Source: a virus
IMG/VR virus record: IMGVR_UViG_3300044677_000044
Span: 1 to 33,018 of that record
Reading direction: 5' to 3' (one strand)
DNA length: 33,018 nucleotides
Numbering within the stretch: position 1 is the stretch's first letter; each line of letters starts with the position of its first letter. Below, piece after piece: positions 1 through 8,821 of the stretch. Under the pieces are notes generated by a model. That model ran no database searches. It saw only the letters and a list, made by a program, of their open reading frames with translations, and was not told the DNA's origin. A program made the position numbers and the translations under genes.

Positions 1-316
1 TGCCGCCGGGGTGCGGGGTCGTCGTCGGCCACGCGCTGCCCGTCCAGTGGATCGCGGCGTGTCCGTCAGCGAAGAGAACCCCGTCCGCGACATGCCCCGT
101 TCCGGAGACATCGGACACGTCCTTGTCCCTGATCAGCGCAAAGGGCCGACCGAAGTCGGGCGACGGCGACGGCCCGAGCAAGTCGGTCCACGGCAGGGGC
201 GGTGTGGTGGCGGGGTCGGTTGTGGAGCGGGCGAGGCTGCCGTCGGTGTTTCGGACGATCCACTCGCCGTTGTGGACGATGTCGAGGCCGGTGGGGGCCG
301 GGCCGCACACACGCAC
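1..316 (-). CDS. actinophage-type hypothetical protein (runs off the left edge)
   Basis: Translated by hand from GTG at 316: MRVCGPAPTG...FALIRDKDVSDVSGTGHVADGVLFADGHAAIHW. The DVSxVSGTGxVAxGV motif is typical of actinophage proteins. Absent from the ORF track because no stop lies in the window. Confidence 0.7.
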   Translation of the reverse strand, partial: MRVCGPAPTGLDIVHNGEWIVRNTDGSLARSTTDPATTPPLPWTDLLGPSPSPDFGRPFALIRDKDVSDVSGTGHVADGVLFADGHAAIHWTGSAWPTTTPHPGG

Positions 317-320
317 CAGG

Positions 321-1256
321 TCAGGCGACGGAGCTGAACTCCTCCTGTCCCGACCGGCGCTCGGGGAGCGCTGCCACATACAGCCGCCGCTGCGGCACTG
401 CCTGGCCGGACTTCTTCGCCCGCGACTTCACCCGCTCCCACGACCGGTGCACCGCGGCTCCCTCGATCCCGAGGCGCTCGCCGATCTCATCGATCGTCAG
501 CGCGGACCACTCCATCAGGTGCGTGATGACCGCCCGGCGCCCGACCGCGTCCAGCACGATGCTCTCCCCCGCCAGCCACCGGGCGACCGCTACGTCGTCG
601 CTGCGGCCGGCCGGCCGCTCAGCGTCCAGCGCCGGTACCGCCGCCGGGTCGTCGATCGTGTCGTCGTCCCACGCCAGCGCAGACACATACCCACGCCCCA
701 CCGCGATGCGGCGCTGCCGCGCGGCAAAGTGCGGCGCGATGCCGTAGTCCTCGGGCTGCTTGTCCCACAGCTCGTCGTAGACGCCGCGCACGGCCCGCAC
801 CAACTGGGCCCGTACCCGGTCCGAGCGCAGGCGGCTACCCATTCTGTCTTCGCTTACCCCGCACCGACCGGCGAGCATCCGCAGGGTGAATCCCCGCAGC
901 ATGAGAGCCTCCGTACGGCGCCGGAACCCGCAGGCATCGATCAGCGCGGCGTCGGGGAAGTCATCGAGGCACGGCCAGTAGGCCAACAGCACGTCCGCGT
1001 GTTCCTTCAGCGTCGTCCTGCTCGGGCCATGGGCGGTGTCCCCCCACAGCAGGTAGTCCAACGCCCCGCGCGGCAGGCCCGTGGCCTTGCAGATCGCCCC
1101 CACGGACATCCCGGTGGCGCGCATCAGGTTGACGTGCTCCCGTACCGGGCCCGAGTCGACGAACGGCTCCCACTGCCCGGCATTGATCAGCGCGCGCCTG
1201 CGCCGCACCCGGCGGTTGTTCGCCGCCCGGATCTGATCCTCCAACACCGCGCTCAT
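321..1256 (-). CDS. multi-HTH DNA-binding phage protein
   Basis: ATG at 1256 with a GAGGAG RBS, overlapping the upstream stop. Several HTH-like segments (GMSVGAICKATGL, GFTLRMLAGRCGVS, LTIDEIGERLGI) and a WDDDTIDDP motif. Confidence 0.8.
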   Translation of the reverse strand: MSAVLEDQIRAANNRRVRRRRALINAGQWEPFVDSGPVREHVNLMRATGMSVGAICKATGLPRGALDYLLWGDTAHGPSRTTLKEHADVLLAYWPCLDDFPDAALIDACGFRRRTEALMLRGFTLRMLAGRCGVSEDRMGSRLRSDRVRAQLVRAVRGVYDELWDKQPEDYGIAPHFAARQRRIAVGRGYVSALAWDDDTIDDPAAVPALDAERPAGRSDDVAVARWLAGESIVLDAVGRRAVITHLMEWSALTIDEIGERLGIEGAAVHRSWERVKSRAKKSGQAVPQRRLYVAALPERRSGQEEFSSVA

Positions 1257-2044
1257 GCCGCGCTCCTCGTGAACAGGCCACGAGAGCCGGCCGTCGACGG
1301 GTGTACGGCGTGCTTGGGCCGGATCGGCCCGGCCACATCCGGGTGGGAGTCGCCGCACACGATCCGCTGGATCGACTGCCGCCGCACGTCGAACGCCATC
1401 GCGAGCTCCAGGTCCGTCGCACCTGCGGCCGACCGCTTCCGGATGTCCACCACCTCCTGCTCGGTGAACACCCTGCCCCGGCCCGAACTGGGGAGGTCAG
1501 GGAACGCCTCGCCCCGCTCCAGGGCGCGCTGGCGCGCCCGTGTCACGAAGTGCACGCTGGCCCCGTCACTCAGGCCGTGCCGGTCGTCGAAGTCGGCGAA
1601 CTTCATCCCCGCGGCCAGGCCGCGGCGGATCGCCTCCAGGCGCTCCACCGTCGTGACCGTGACGCCGCGGCGACCAGCCAGGTAGGCGCGCACCGCGACC
1701 TCGTCAACGACCTCCCCGACCGGCTCGGCGCTCGCCTCGGCGAGCTCCCTCAGCGTCGTACGGTCGTCCCAGTCGGGCACCGTCGGCCTGGCGTTCTCGT
1801 CGAAGTCCAGCCAGCCCAACACACCGCCCAGGGGGCGGTCCGGGTCGACCAGGCCGGCGAGCACCACGATCAGCGCCGTCGTCTCCGTGGCGGTGAGCTG
1901 TTCCAGTTCGGCCTGCACATCCTCCGGGCCGCCGTCACCGTGCACGATCGTGGCCAGGCGCGCGGCGACGGGCAGCATCCTCTCCGCGAGGTCCCCGCGG
2001 GCCTCCGCCGTACGGCCGGCAGGCGTGTACGAACCGGTGGCCAT
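1253..2044 (-). CDS. hypothetical protein with C-terminal HTH
   Basis: Start MATGSYT at 2044, coupled to the WhiB stop. C-terminal FTEQEVVDIR...ELAMAFDVRRQSIQRIV resembles an HTH. Confidence 0.75.
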   Translation of the reverse strand: MATGSYTPAGRTAEARGDLAERMLPVAARLATIVHGDGGPEDVQAELEQLTATETTALIVVLAGLVDPDRPLGGVLGWLDFDENARPTVPDWDDRTTLRELAEASAEPVGEVVDEVAVRAYLAGRRGVTVTTVERLEAIRRGLAAGMKFADFDDRHGLSDGASVHFVTRARQRALERGEAFPDLPSSGRGRVFTEQEVVDIRKRSAAGATDLELAMAFDVRRQSIQRIVCGDSHPDVAGPIRPKHAVHPSTAGSRGLFTRSAA

Positions 2045-2712
2045 CACAGCGCACCACCCTCCGCGGCCGCGGCCTTCTCCGTACGCCCCGCCTCGATACG
2101 CCTCGCGGCCGCCAGGCGGTGCTCCAGCACCCGCCGGGCCTCCACAACGACCGCGGCCTGCGTGCGCATCATCAGAGCGATCTCCTGATCGGTGCGCCCC
2201 GCGGTGACCAGATCCCGGAAGGTCTCGCCGACCAGGATCCGCTCCAGCGCGGGACCACCCTTCCGGGCCTCCGTCTGCGGCATCACGATCCGCAGCGCAC
2301 ACCGCACCGCCGCGGGCGTCGCCCCGTACTTCCCGGCGAGCTGCGGCACGCTCGCCTTCAGCAGGTGGTACAGGATGATGTCCTCGCCGTGCTCCAGCGC
2401 CAGGCGCTGCCCGTCGGTGGCCGCGGCCGTCAGGCGCGCGTACTCCCGGCCGCGCTTCTTCTCGCCACGGTCGTACTCCGACGTGCCTCCCCACACCCCG
2501 GACGTTGTGCCGGCCTCGATGTTCCACTGGCGGCACTCGTCCATGACCGGGCACCGGTGGCACACGGCCTTGGCCCGCTCGGCCTGCGCTCTCGTGTCGC
2601 TCGTGTTTCCCGTGGGGAAGAACAACTCGGGGTCCTCACCGAGGCAGGCGCCACGCTCGGCCACATCCCGGCCGGAGCTGGGCCGCGCCACGAGGTTCAT
2701 CGTCGTCATCAC
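2044..2712 (-). CDS. whiB: WhiB-family Fe-S transcription factor with C-terminal HTH-like extension
   Basis: Four Cys (GAC...DPELFFP...CHRCPVMDEC) followed by GVWGG. Confidence 0.92.
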   Translation of the reverse strand: MMTTMNLVARPSSGRDVAERGACLGEDPELFFPTGNTSDTRAQAERAKAVCHRCPVMDECRQWNIEAGTTSGVWGGTSEYDRGEKKRGREYARLTAAATDGQRLALEHGEDIILYHLLKASVPQLAGKYGATPAAVRCALRIVMPQTEARKGGPALERILVGETFRDLVTAGRTDQEIALMMRTQAAVVVEARRVLEHRLAAARRIEAGRTEKAAAAEGGAL

Positions 2713-3164
2713 AGGTCTCCGGGAGGATTCAGCAGGGCCAAGTGGGCGGGGTCGATCGAGTCCAGGTCGGTGACGACCAGGACCAGCTGGGAGCCGGGCA
2801 CCGGCGCACCCATACGCGGGTCGGGTCCGAGGAGCCGCTCATCGTTGTCGTCCGGCAGCACACCGGCGTCGACCATGCCGTCGATCGCAGCCTTCGCCGA
2901 CGGCGACCAGTTCCCCGGGTCACGGCGGCGGGTCGTGGTGTTCGGGTGGATCACGTAGAAGACGTGGGCCCGCTCCAACTTCGGCACCTTGTAGAACCGG
3001 GCCATCGCCCAACCGGTGTGCCGCAGCGCCTTGATGCGCGACGCCCGCGCGTGGATCCCGAGACGCTCGTTGGACGTGAGCAGCACCGTCTTCGGCGGCA
3101 ACTCGATGCGCCACGACCGCGGCCGGACAATCCCGGGCGTCTGCGGGGTGCTGGGCAGCGTCAC
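2709..3164 (-). CDS. RusA-like Holliday junction resolvase
   Basis: RRDPGNWSPSAKAAIDGMVDAGVLPDDND matches the RusA D-x-x-N...K...D...DD pattern. Confidence 0.75.
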   Translation of the reverse strand: MTLPSTPQTPGIVRPRSWRIELPPKTVLLTSNERLGIHARASRIKALRHTGWAMARFYKVPKLERAHVFYVIHPNTTTRRRDPGNWSPSAKAAIDGMVDAGVLPDDNDERLLGPDPRMGAPVPGSQLVLVVTDLDSIDPAHLALLNPPGDL

Positions 3165-3415
3165 GACGCCACCTCCCCATCCGGGGTGGGATCGATGGTC
3201 CGCACCGTCTCGTACGCCCCGTACGCGGTGTGCCGCTGCTCCTCGATACGGGTCGCGCCCGCGGCGATCGCCTTGCTGATCGCGCTGCGCAGCACCTTCT
3301 TGTTGCTCGCGTCGACCTTCTGCTGCTGTCCGTTGGGCGGGGTGATGAGCAGTCGGAAACGCTTGAAGTTTCGGGTGGTGTCGGACTGGTTGGTGCGCTT
3401 GTGGGTGGTGGTCAC
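3161..3415 (-). CDS. hypothetical protein
   Basis: 84 aa, overlaps both neighbours by 4 nt, protein-like composition. Confidence 0.7.
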   Translation of the reverse strand: MTTTHKRTNQSDTTRNFKRFRLLITPPNGQQQKVDASNKKVLRSAISKAIAAGATRIEEQRHTAYGAYETVRTIDPTPDGEVAS

Positions 3416-4557
3416 CGGGTCACCGCCGGGAGGGCGTTGTGCTCACGGTCGTCGAGCTCGCGGCCGGCGGTCTTCTTCCCGACCCGGTAGGTGCCCACCA
3501 GGTGCGCTCGCCCGTGGTTGGCACGGACCGCCTCGGGGCGCCGCGGCCCGTCGGGGTAGGACAGGTCACCGGGGGCGTACAGCGTCCCGTCGTTGGCGAG
3601 CGCCCATCCCTGGCCGCGGCGGCCGCGGACGATGCGGCCCTCGTCGTCCAGGGCTGGCTCCGGGCCCCAGTCACCCCACTGTTTGAAGAAAAAGGCCACG
3701 TCAGAGGCGGTGCACTGGTCGCGCAGTGACCGGAACCAGTCCGGGTGGGAGGGGCGGGCCTTCGCGCCTGTCTCCCCGCCGGTAACGACCCAGTCGAGGC
3801 GGTTCGGCAGTCCGATGCCGAGCAGGTCAGCGAGCTCGACCGGACGGGCGGTGGCGGGCATGTTCACCCAGGCGGCGCTGAGACGGATCGGTCCGAGCAG
3901 CGGCTCGGCGCTGATCCAGCGGACGGCGGCAGGGGTGTCGAGCAGGGCTGGAATGCGTGCGTTGGCCCACTGCTGGTTCTCCACACTCACGCCGAGGTGC
4001 ACGTTCGGGAGCGGCCAGGGGGTGTCGAAGTACACGCGGTGCTCGGCGTCATCCGGCAGGCCGGGGATGCGGTCCGGGTTGGCCTTGGACACCGCCCACG
4101 CCATGGCCGAGCGGAACTCGATGCCAGCCATGAGGCCGCGCTTCGAGATGTCCTGCAGGACCGACCGCATCCGGGCGTGCCGCTTGGTGAGGATCAGGTA
4201 CGTGTGATGCGGCGACAGCGCCATGATCGCGAAGACCTTGACGATGAAGTCGTGCGGCACGTCCTTGTGGAACAGGTCCGAGAGGGAGTTGACGAAGATC
4301 CGCTCGGGCTTCTTCCACCCGAGGGGCTGCCCCAGGCGCTCCGGCAGCAGGTTCACCTGGCCCGTCCAGTCCAGGCCGTGGTCGGTGCGGTGCACGACAC
4401 CGGCGAACGCGGCCGCAACCCTGGGGTGCGGGTTGCTCTCCCGAATCCGGGCCTGGCCGATGGCGTAGCAGGAGTCGCATGCAGGCGAAACGCGATCGCA
4501 GCCGAGCATCGGATTCCAGCTCTTCGACGCCCATTCGATCTTGGTGTCAGCGGACAT
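3412..4557 (-). CDS. phage Gp37/Gp68 (DUF5131) family protein
   Basis: TKIEW...WNPMLGCDRVSPACDSCYA, IFVNSLSDLFH, LTKR, SAEPLLG, WVVTGGETG, FFFKQWG. ATG at 4557 with a GAAGGAG RBS. Confidence 0.92.
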   Translation of the reverse strand: MSADTKIEWASKSWNPMLGCDRVSPACDSCYAIGQARIRESNPHPRVAAAFAGVVHRTDHGLDWTGQVNLLPERLGQPLGWKKPERIFVNSLSDLFHKDVPHDFIVKVFAIMALSPHHTYLILTKRHARMRSVLQDISKRGLMAGIEFRSAMAWAVSKANPDRIPGLPDDAEHRVYFDTPWPLPNVHLGVSVENQQWANARIPALLDTPAAVRWISAEPLLGPIRLSAAWVNMPATARPVELADLLGIGLPNRLDWVVTGGETGAKARPSHPDWFRSLRDQCTASDVAFFFKQWGDWGPEPALDDEGRIVRGRRGQGWALANDGTLYAPGDLSYPDGPRRPEAVRANHGRAHLVGTYRVGKKTAGRELDDREHNALPAVTR

Positions 4558-4741
4558 CTGCGGTCTCCTTCGGGGCGGTGGCGCGGGGGGCGGGGAGTCG
4601 GAGCCGTTCGGCGAGGGCCGCACGGGCGGCGTAGTCGTACGCGGTGTCGTGGATGAAGCCGACGGTCAGCGCGAGCAGGGTCCGGAGACGTTCGAGTTCG
4701 TCCTCCGCGGAGCGCAGGTCCCGGGCGGTGGTGTCAGCCAT
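4547..4741 (-). CDS. hypothetical protein
   Basis: 64-aa helical ORF overlapping both neighbours. Confidence 0.65.
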   Translation of the reverse strand: MADTTARDLRSAEDELERLRTLLALTVGFIHDTAYDYAARAALAERLRLPAPRATAPKETADVR

Positions 4742-5297
4742 CGCCGCTCTCGCCCTTCGCGTCCTGGAGGGTGGCCACGGCCGCGGTGCGCCCGGCGAGG
4801 GCCCGCTCGATCGTCGCGGGCGGGACGATCTGGCTCATGTCCGCGTGGAGGGTCTGGCAGGTGTCCGCGGCGTTCCTCGCGGCGTCCAGGCCGCGCTGGT
4901 CGGCGATGAGCTGGACGTGCGCGGCGCCGCGGACGCAGGTGGTGATGGCGGTGAACGGGGCGCCGGGCACGCCGGGGTGGGTCAGGAGGGTGCCGTCGTC
5001 GAGGTATTCGGCCACTCCCCCGTCGGGCCGGGCCTGCCAGTCGATGACGCGGGCGCCCTCGATCCCGCGGGCGAGGGCGGTCATCGCGGCGCGGCCGGCG
5101 TCCTGCTCGCCGCGGGCGTGGACGTCCTCGGGGTGGCGGTGGGGCAGCGGCGGCCGCTTGGTCAGGCTGAGCCGTGCGAGGGGCGCCGCCGGGGTGCTGG
5201 GCTTGACGAGGCTGAGGCACGGAACGGCGGTCTGCTGGCGGGCTTGGGTGGCGCGGTTGGCGGCGGCGCGGCGCCGCCGGGCGGACTTGGTCGTCAT
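4734..5297 (-). CDS. hypothetical protein
   Basis: Start MTTKSARRR at 5297 (ATGA overlap, GGAAG RBS). The upstream part of the tracked ORF is shadow. Confidence 0.7.
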   Translation of the reverse strand: MTTKSARRRRAAANRATQARQQTAVPCLSLVKPSTPAAPLARLSLTKRPPLPHRHPEDVHARGEQDAGRAAMTALARGIEGARVIDWQARPDGGVAEYLDDGTLLTHPGVPGAPFTAITTCVRGAAHVQLIADQRGLDAARNAADTCQTLHADMSQIVPPATIERALAGRTAAVATLQDAKGESGDG

Positions 5298-5551
5298 GCG
5301 GTGACCGCTTCCTTGTGGGTGGTGCGGCGGATGGTGCGGACGGCGTCGGCGTAGCCGAAGGTGTAGGCGGCGAAGGCGTCGCTGGCGTCGGGGAGGTACT
5401 CGGTCATCCAGCCGAGGCGGGTGAGGAGCACGTCGGTGGTGGCGCCGGCGGCGTGGTCGTCGCGGGCGTCGTCGATGCCCGCCCGGTAGGCGTCGCTGTT
5501 GGTGGGGCTGCTGCCGCCGATCGCGGCGGTGCTGACGGTCGGGCTGCTCAT
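5294..5551 (-). CDS. hypothetical protein
   Basis: GAGAGG RBS, coupled to the downstream gene. Confidence 0.7.
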   Translation of the reverse strand: MSSPTVSTAAIGGSSPTNSDAYRAGIDDARDDHAAGATTDVLLTRLGWMTEYLPDASDAFAAYTFGYADAVRTIRRTTHKEAVTA

Positions 5552-5587
5552 GGCGGTGGCCTCTCGGGGCGCAGGAGTTGGTGGGGG

Positions 5588-6244
5588 TTACGCGCTTCGC
5601 GGGACCAGGCCGAGCACCACGGCCGACGTGCACGGCCACGGCACGAGCTCGCGGCTGACGACGCGGATGCTGTCGCCGTGGGCGGTCAGGTACTCGCCGC
5701 GCCGAACGGTCCAGCAGCGGCGGCAGATCATCACGCCGTCGTACGGCCCCCACGGCTCGTGCCCGAACGACTGAAGGGTGTTGGGCAGGGCGAGGTGCGG
5801 CGGCACGCACACCCGGCAGGCGGTGTACCCGGATACCGCGGCGGCCATGGCGCTGAGGCGCACGAGCGGGTACAGGCCGTCCATCCAGTCCTCGCCCGCC
5901 CAAACCGCCTGTGTGAAGCGTCCGAAGTTCAGCGCCGGACACCGGGTGTCGGCGTGGAACCTGCGGCCGCCGTCAGTGATGTACACGGCGCCGCCGAACG
6001 GCTCGATCGCGGCGTTCGCGTTGCGTGCCGCAGCACGGCCTGGCTCGTTCGCCGGCCGCATCACGGCGTGGAAGAGGTTCTCCAGCTCGGGTCGCGTCGA
6101 CAGAGCGATCGAGGGGCAGGTGGCGCCGTCGACTCCGTCGATGACGTACAGGGTGTGGTCACCGCGCTGCTGCCGGGTGGGGTGCCAGATGCGGCCGTTG
6201 GGGTCGCGAAGGTCCGGGTCGCTGGTGGGGATGGATTCGGGCAT
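5588..6244 (-). CDS. Cys/His-containing hypothetical protein (possible Zn-binding)
   Basis: GGGAG RBS; FHADTRC, CRVC and CRRC motifs; C-terminal WPC. Confidence 0.75.
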   Translation of the reverse strand: MPESIPTSDPDLRDPNGRIWHPTRQQRGDHTLYVIDGVDGATCPSIALSTRPELENLFHAVMRPANEPGRAAARNANAAIEPFGGAVYITDGGRRFHADTRCPALNFGRFTQAVWAGEDWMDGLYPLVRLSAMAAAVSGYTACRVCVPPHLALPNTLQSFGHEPWGPYDGVMICRRCWTVRRGEYLTAHGDSIRVVSRELVPWPCTSAVVLGLVPRSA

Positions 6245-6445
6245 GCCTGACTCCCGTCGGTGCTGCAGAGCGGTGAGGAGAAGGTGCCGTCCGATCCCCG
6301 GGAGGGTTGCCCATGGGGGTCTGCTCGACCGGGGCCGGACGGCGCTTGGCGGGGTGTTACGGCTGGTCAGCTCGTGGTGGGCGGACAGGAGATGCCTGGA
6401 GCCGGGGTGGATGGGACTCCCTGGCTGGCTCTCCGAGCGTAACCC

Positions 6446-6471
6446 TAAATGACTACACGCGCAATCATTTA
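6446..6471. promoter_or_regulatory. imperfect palindromic operator, copy 1
   Basis: TAAATGACTACACGCGCAATCATTTA, 24/26 identical to 19019-19044, upstream of the left minus-strand operon. Confidence 0.75.
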
Positions 6472-6484
6472 CACAGTGTGGGCA

Positions 6485-6522
6485 TGAGAAAGCCCCCGAC
6501 CCGGGGTCTGAGGGCGGGGGCT
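6485..6522 (-). terminator. intrinsic terminator
   Basis: AGCCCCCG/CGGGGGCT stem followed by TTTCTCATGCCC on the minus strand, just after the stop at 6542. Confidence 0.65.
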
Positions 6523-6541
6523 GTGAACTGCGAGGAGTCGG

Positions 6542-6766
6542 CTAGCGGGTGGCGGGAAGCTGGTCGACGTAGTCGCGGTGCAGCTCCATGATGTCGGCGG
6601 CGAGGTAGTGGAACTCCCGGCCCACACGCTCGCGCGGAACGCGGGCCCGGGTGAGCATGCCGTACAACTGCCTACTGCTGACGGGATACGGCGTATCCGC
6701 CAGGAAGGCCACGCCCTCCTCGATGCTCATCGTGACCCCGGAAGGGGTGAGTTGCTGTAGAGCCAC
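6542..6766 (-). CDS. small excisionase/MerR-like wHTH DNA-binding protein
   Basis: SIEEGVAFL...VSSRQLYGML...GREFHY..ADI pattern; GGGAGA RBS. Confidence 0.6.
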   Translation of the reverse strand: MALQQLTPSGVTMSIEEGVAFLADTPYPVSSRQLYGMLTRARVPRERVGREFHYLAADIMELHRDYVDQLPATR

Positions 6767-6904
6767 ACGGGTCTCCCATCGGCATGGGCCTAGTAGCGGT
6801 CGCAGCTCCCGGCAAGGCCGTTGGGGTGTTGTTCAGTTGTCGCTATCCGGTAGATAACGTGTAAAGAAGTTGTGCCTACAGACTGTAGACCCGTGTACCA
6901 GTCA

Positions 6905-7492
6905 TCAGGTTGCAGCCCGCATCGAAGAATTTTCGACAGCTCGTTCCGCGAGCTGCGCCAGCGAGAACCGCCGGGGGCGCCCGCGGTCCAGGTCCCGCTC
7001 GTTACTGCACACCGCGGCCCCCAGCGGCGCGTACCAGACCAGTGAGAAGCACCTGCACGACAGGCACCGCTCCTTCTTGATGACGACCCCGTCGCGGGCC
7101 CGCACGGCGTGTTCCAGGTGCTGCCGGTACATGATGGCCTCGCCCGCCCGGCGGGCCGCCGGATCGAGATACGGGGTGTGCTCCTCGTACCAGCGGTAGA
7201 CCTCCGCGACGTCGTGCGGCACCGGCCGGCGGACCCGCTCGGTGGGAATCGCGGCCCGGGCGTGCTCGACCATCTCCCCGCGGGAGGCGGTCATGTGATC
7301 AAGGATCCCCGGATGGATCGGCATCGCGGGTGTGGTCGGCCGTGTGTGCCCGGACGGATCCGATGGGCGGGCCCGCAGAGGTGTCTGGGCGGCCGCCAGG
7401 TCCCGCATACCGGTCGCTGCGAGCACCGCTGGTGTGGCCCCCCTGGCCGCCGCGGTGTTCTGGTTTCCTCCGATGCCCATGATGGTCCCCAT
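6905..7492 (-). CDS. hypothetical protein with C-terminal Zn-ribbon-like motif
   Basis: CLSCRCFSL...CSN near the C-terminus. Confidence 0.7.
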   Translation of the reverse strand: MGTIMGIGGNQNTAAARGATPAVLAATGMRDLAAAQTPLRARPSDPSGHTRPTTPAMPIHPGILDHMTASRGEMVEHARAAIPTERVRRPVPHDVAEVYRWYEEHTPYLDPAARRAGEAIMYRQHLEHAVRARDGVVIKKERCLSCRCFSLVWYAPLGAAVCSNERDLDRGRPRRFSLAQLAERAVENSSMRAAT

Positions 7493-7656
7493 CCACCAAT
7501 GCCTCGGCCCAGGGGCGCGAGAGTCCTATGAAGGGGGCTTGCGGGCGCTCAAGAACCGGAGGCGGTCACTCCGGGTGTCCTCCGGACCGCCCCATGATGT
7601 CACGCGTAGACCGAATCAGACATCGGTTGCACCGGTTCGAAACGTGAAAATTCGTA

Positions 7657-7698
7657 CGGTCACCAAATCACGGCCTGACCAGGGCCTGATGGTGACCG
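7657..7698. other. intergenic inverted repeat / hairpin
   Basis: CGGTCACC/GGTGACCG outer stem with ATCA/TGAT and GGCC inner pairs. Confidence 0.35.
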
Positions 7699-7784
7699 GG
7701 GTTAGCAGTGGGACACCCGTTGCGTCCCTACGAGTTGGGGCCGCCGGGGCTGCGTCCCGACCAGACACCAAATATGACGGTGCG

Positions 7785-8180
7785 TCACACGATTTCGGCG
7801 GTACCGCCCACGACATCGGGAACCCACCACGCCGATTCGACCATCCCGGACAGCGTGGCGTGCTGCGGCTCATCGAGCACGCCGGTCGCCAGGGCGCCGG
7901 CGTGCACCTCGGCAATGAAATCCAGCGCGACCCGGAACGCCTCCGCGGTGTCCGGGTCGGTCAGGCTCTTCCCGCGCTCCTGGAAGCTCGCCTGCACGCG
8001 GGCCGCGAGCTGGACGAGCGCCGGGTCGTAGTCGCCGGGGAGCGCCGCGGGTCCTGCCACAGGCGCACGCTCCTCCGCCGTCGTCTGATCGCGATGATGC
8101 TCAGTGGTATCAGGTACGGGCCGCAAGTGCCGCCCCTGCCCTGGGGGCGCAAGCGGTGACGGTCCAGCCGCAGCGGACAT
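7785..8180 (-). CDS. hypothetical protein
   Basis: ATG at 8180 with a GGAG RBS; helical C-terminal domain. Confidence 0.7.
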   Translation of the reverse strand: MSAAAGPSPLAPPGQGRHLRPVPDTTEHHRDQTTAEERAPVAGPAALPGDYDPALVQLAARVQASFQERGKSLTDPDTAEAFRVALDFIAEVHAGALATGVLDEPQHATLSGMVESAWWVPDVVGGTAEIV

Positions 8181-8273
8181 GTGCACTCCACCCGGCTGCG
8201 AAGGGGAGAACGCCAGGGTACGGGTGCCGGGCGGCCCGCATCCCAGATGCGTTCACTGTCGCACTGTGGGGGG

Positions 8274-8667
8274 CTAGCTGGCACCGCCGGGTATGAGATT
8301 TGGCGTCAATCTCACCTCGGGCGGGTGCACTTTGAGCCGAAAGGCGTAGGTGAGGCCACCGGGTGTGCTGGTGCCGCGTCGAAAAGTAGTCGCCCCCGCG
8401 TCGGGTAGTCGGCGATTGCCGACAACGGCCGAAGACAGCGGGGCGAAGAAGACCGCATGGGCGCGCAGCCCGCGAGATGCGGTCAGCGTACCGCGCGATC
8501 TCCCCGGCCAGGTAGAGAACCGCGGTACCCGGGCACCGCACGGAGCGTGGGGCGCAGCATGGCGGGTGCTGCGACTACCGCGTGAGCCGGCCCCGCGCTC
8601 CGGCGGACCCCAGACCGGTGCCTGAGGCAACCGAGGGGACAGGATCACGCTGCCCCTGCCATAGCTG
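8274..8667 (+). ncRNA. candidate large structured non-coding RNA (family not recognised)
   Basis: About 10 consecutive or nested stems (up to 13 bp) tile the interval, with a GAAA tetraloop, A-rich linkers, and G-U pairs that only form on the + strand. No convincing ORF. Confidence 0.55.
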
Positions 8668-8771
8668 AGATGAAAGGGGTTGCGTGGTACGTCCACTCGA
8701 ATGGGTGACAACAATGCACCGCGCTTCCACACGTTCCCACAGGGAACACACCAATCCGCCCCAATAAGAAG

Positions 8772-8803
8772 GCCCGCTCCCCCAGTCGGCGGGGGGAGCG
8801 GGC
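8772..8803 (-). terminator. intrinsic terminator downstream of parB (possibly bidirectional)
   Basis: 12-bp stem GCCCGCTCCCCC/GGGGGAGCGGGC followed by CTTCTTATT on the minus strand. Confidence 0.75.
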
Positions 8804-8821
8804 GTGTGAGCGGGCGTCAGG

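Noticed and set aside
8274-8667. tmRNA, RNase P RNA, group II intron or retron identity for the structured region
   Set aside because: No tRNA-like ends, no GAGGAAAGTCC, no domain V motif, and no reverse transcriptase in the window.
8110-8732. ORFs 8110-8541, 8181-8408, 8274-8732 and 8350-8625 over the structured region
   Set aside because: No RBS, shadow-like composition and no motifs. Base-pairing explains the region better, although a small peptide is not excluded.
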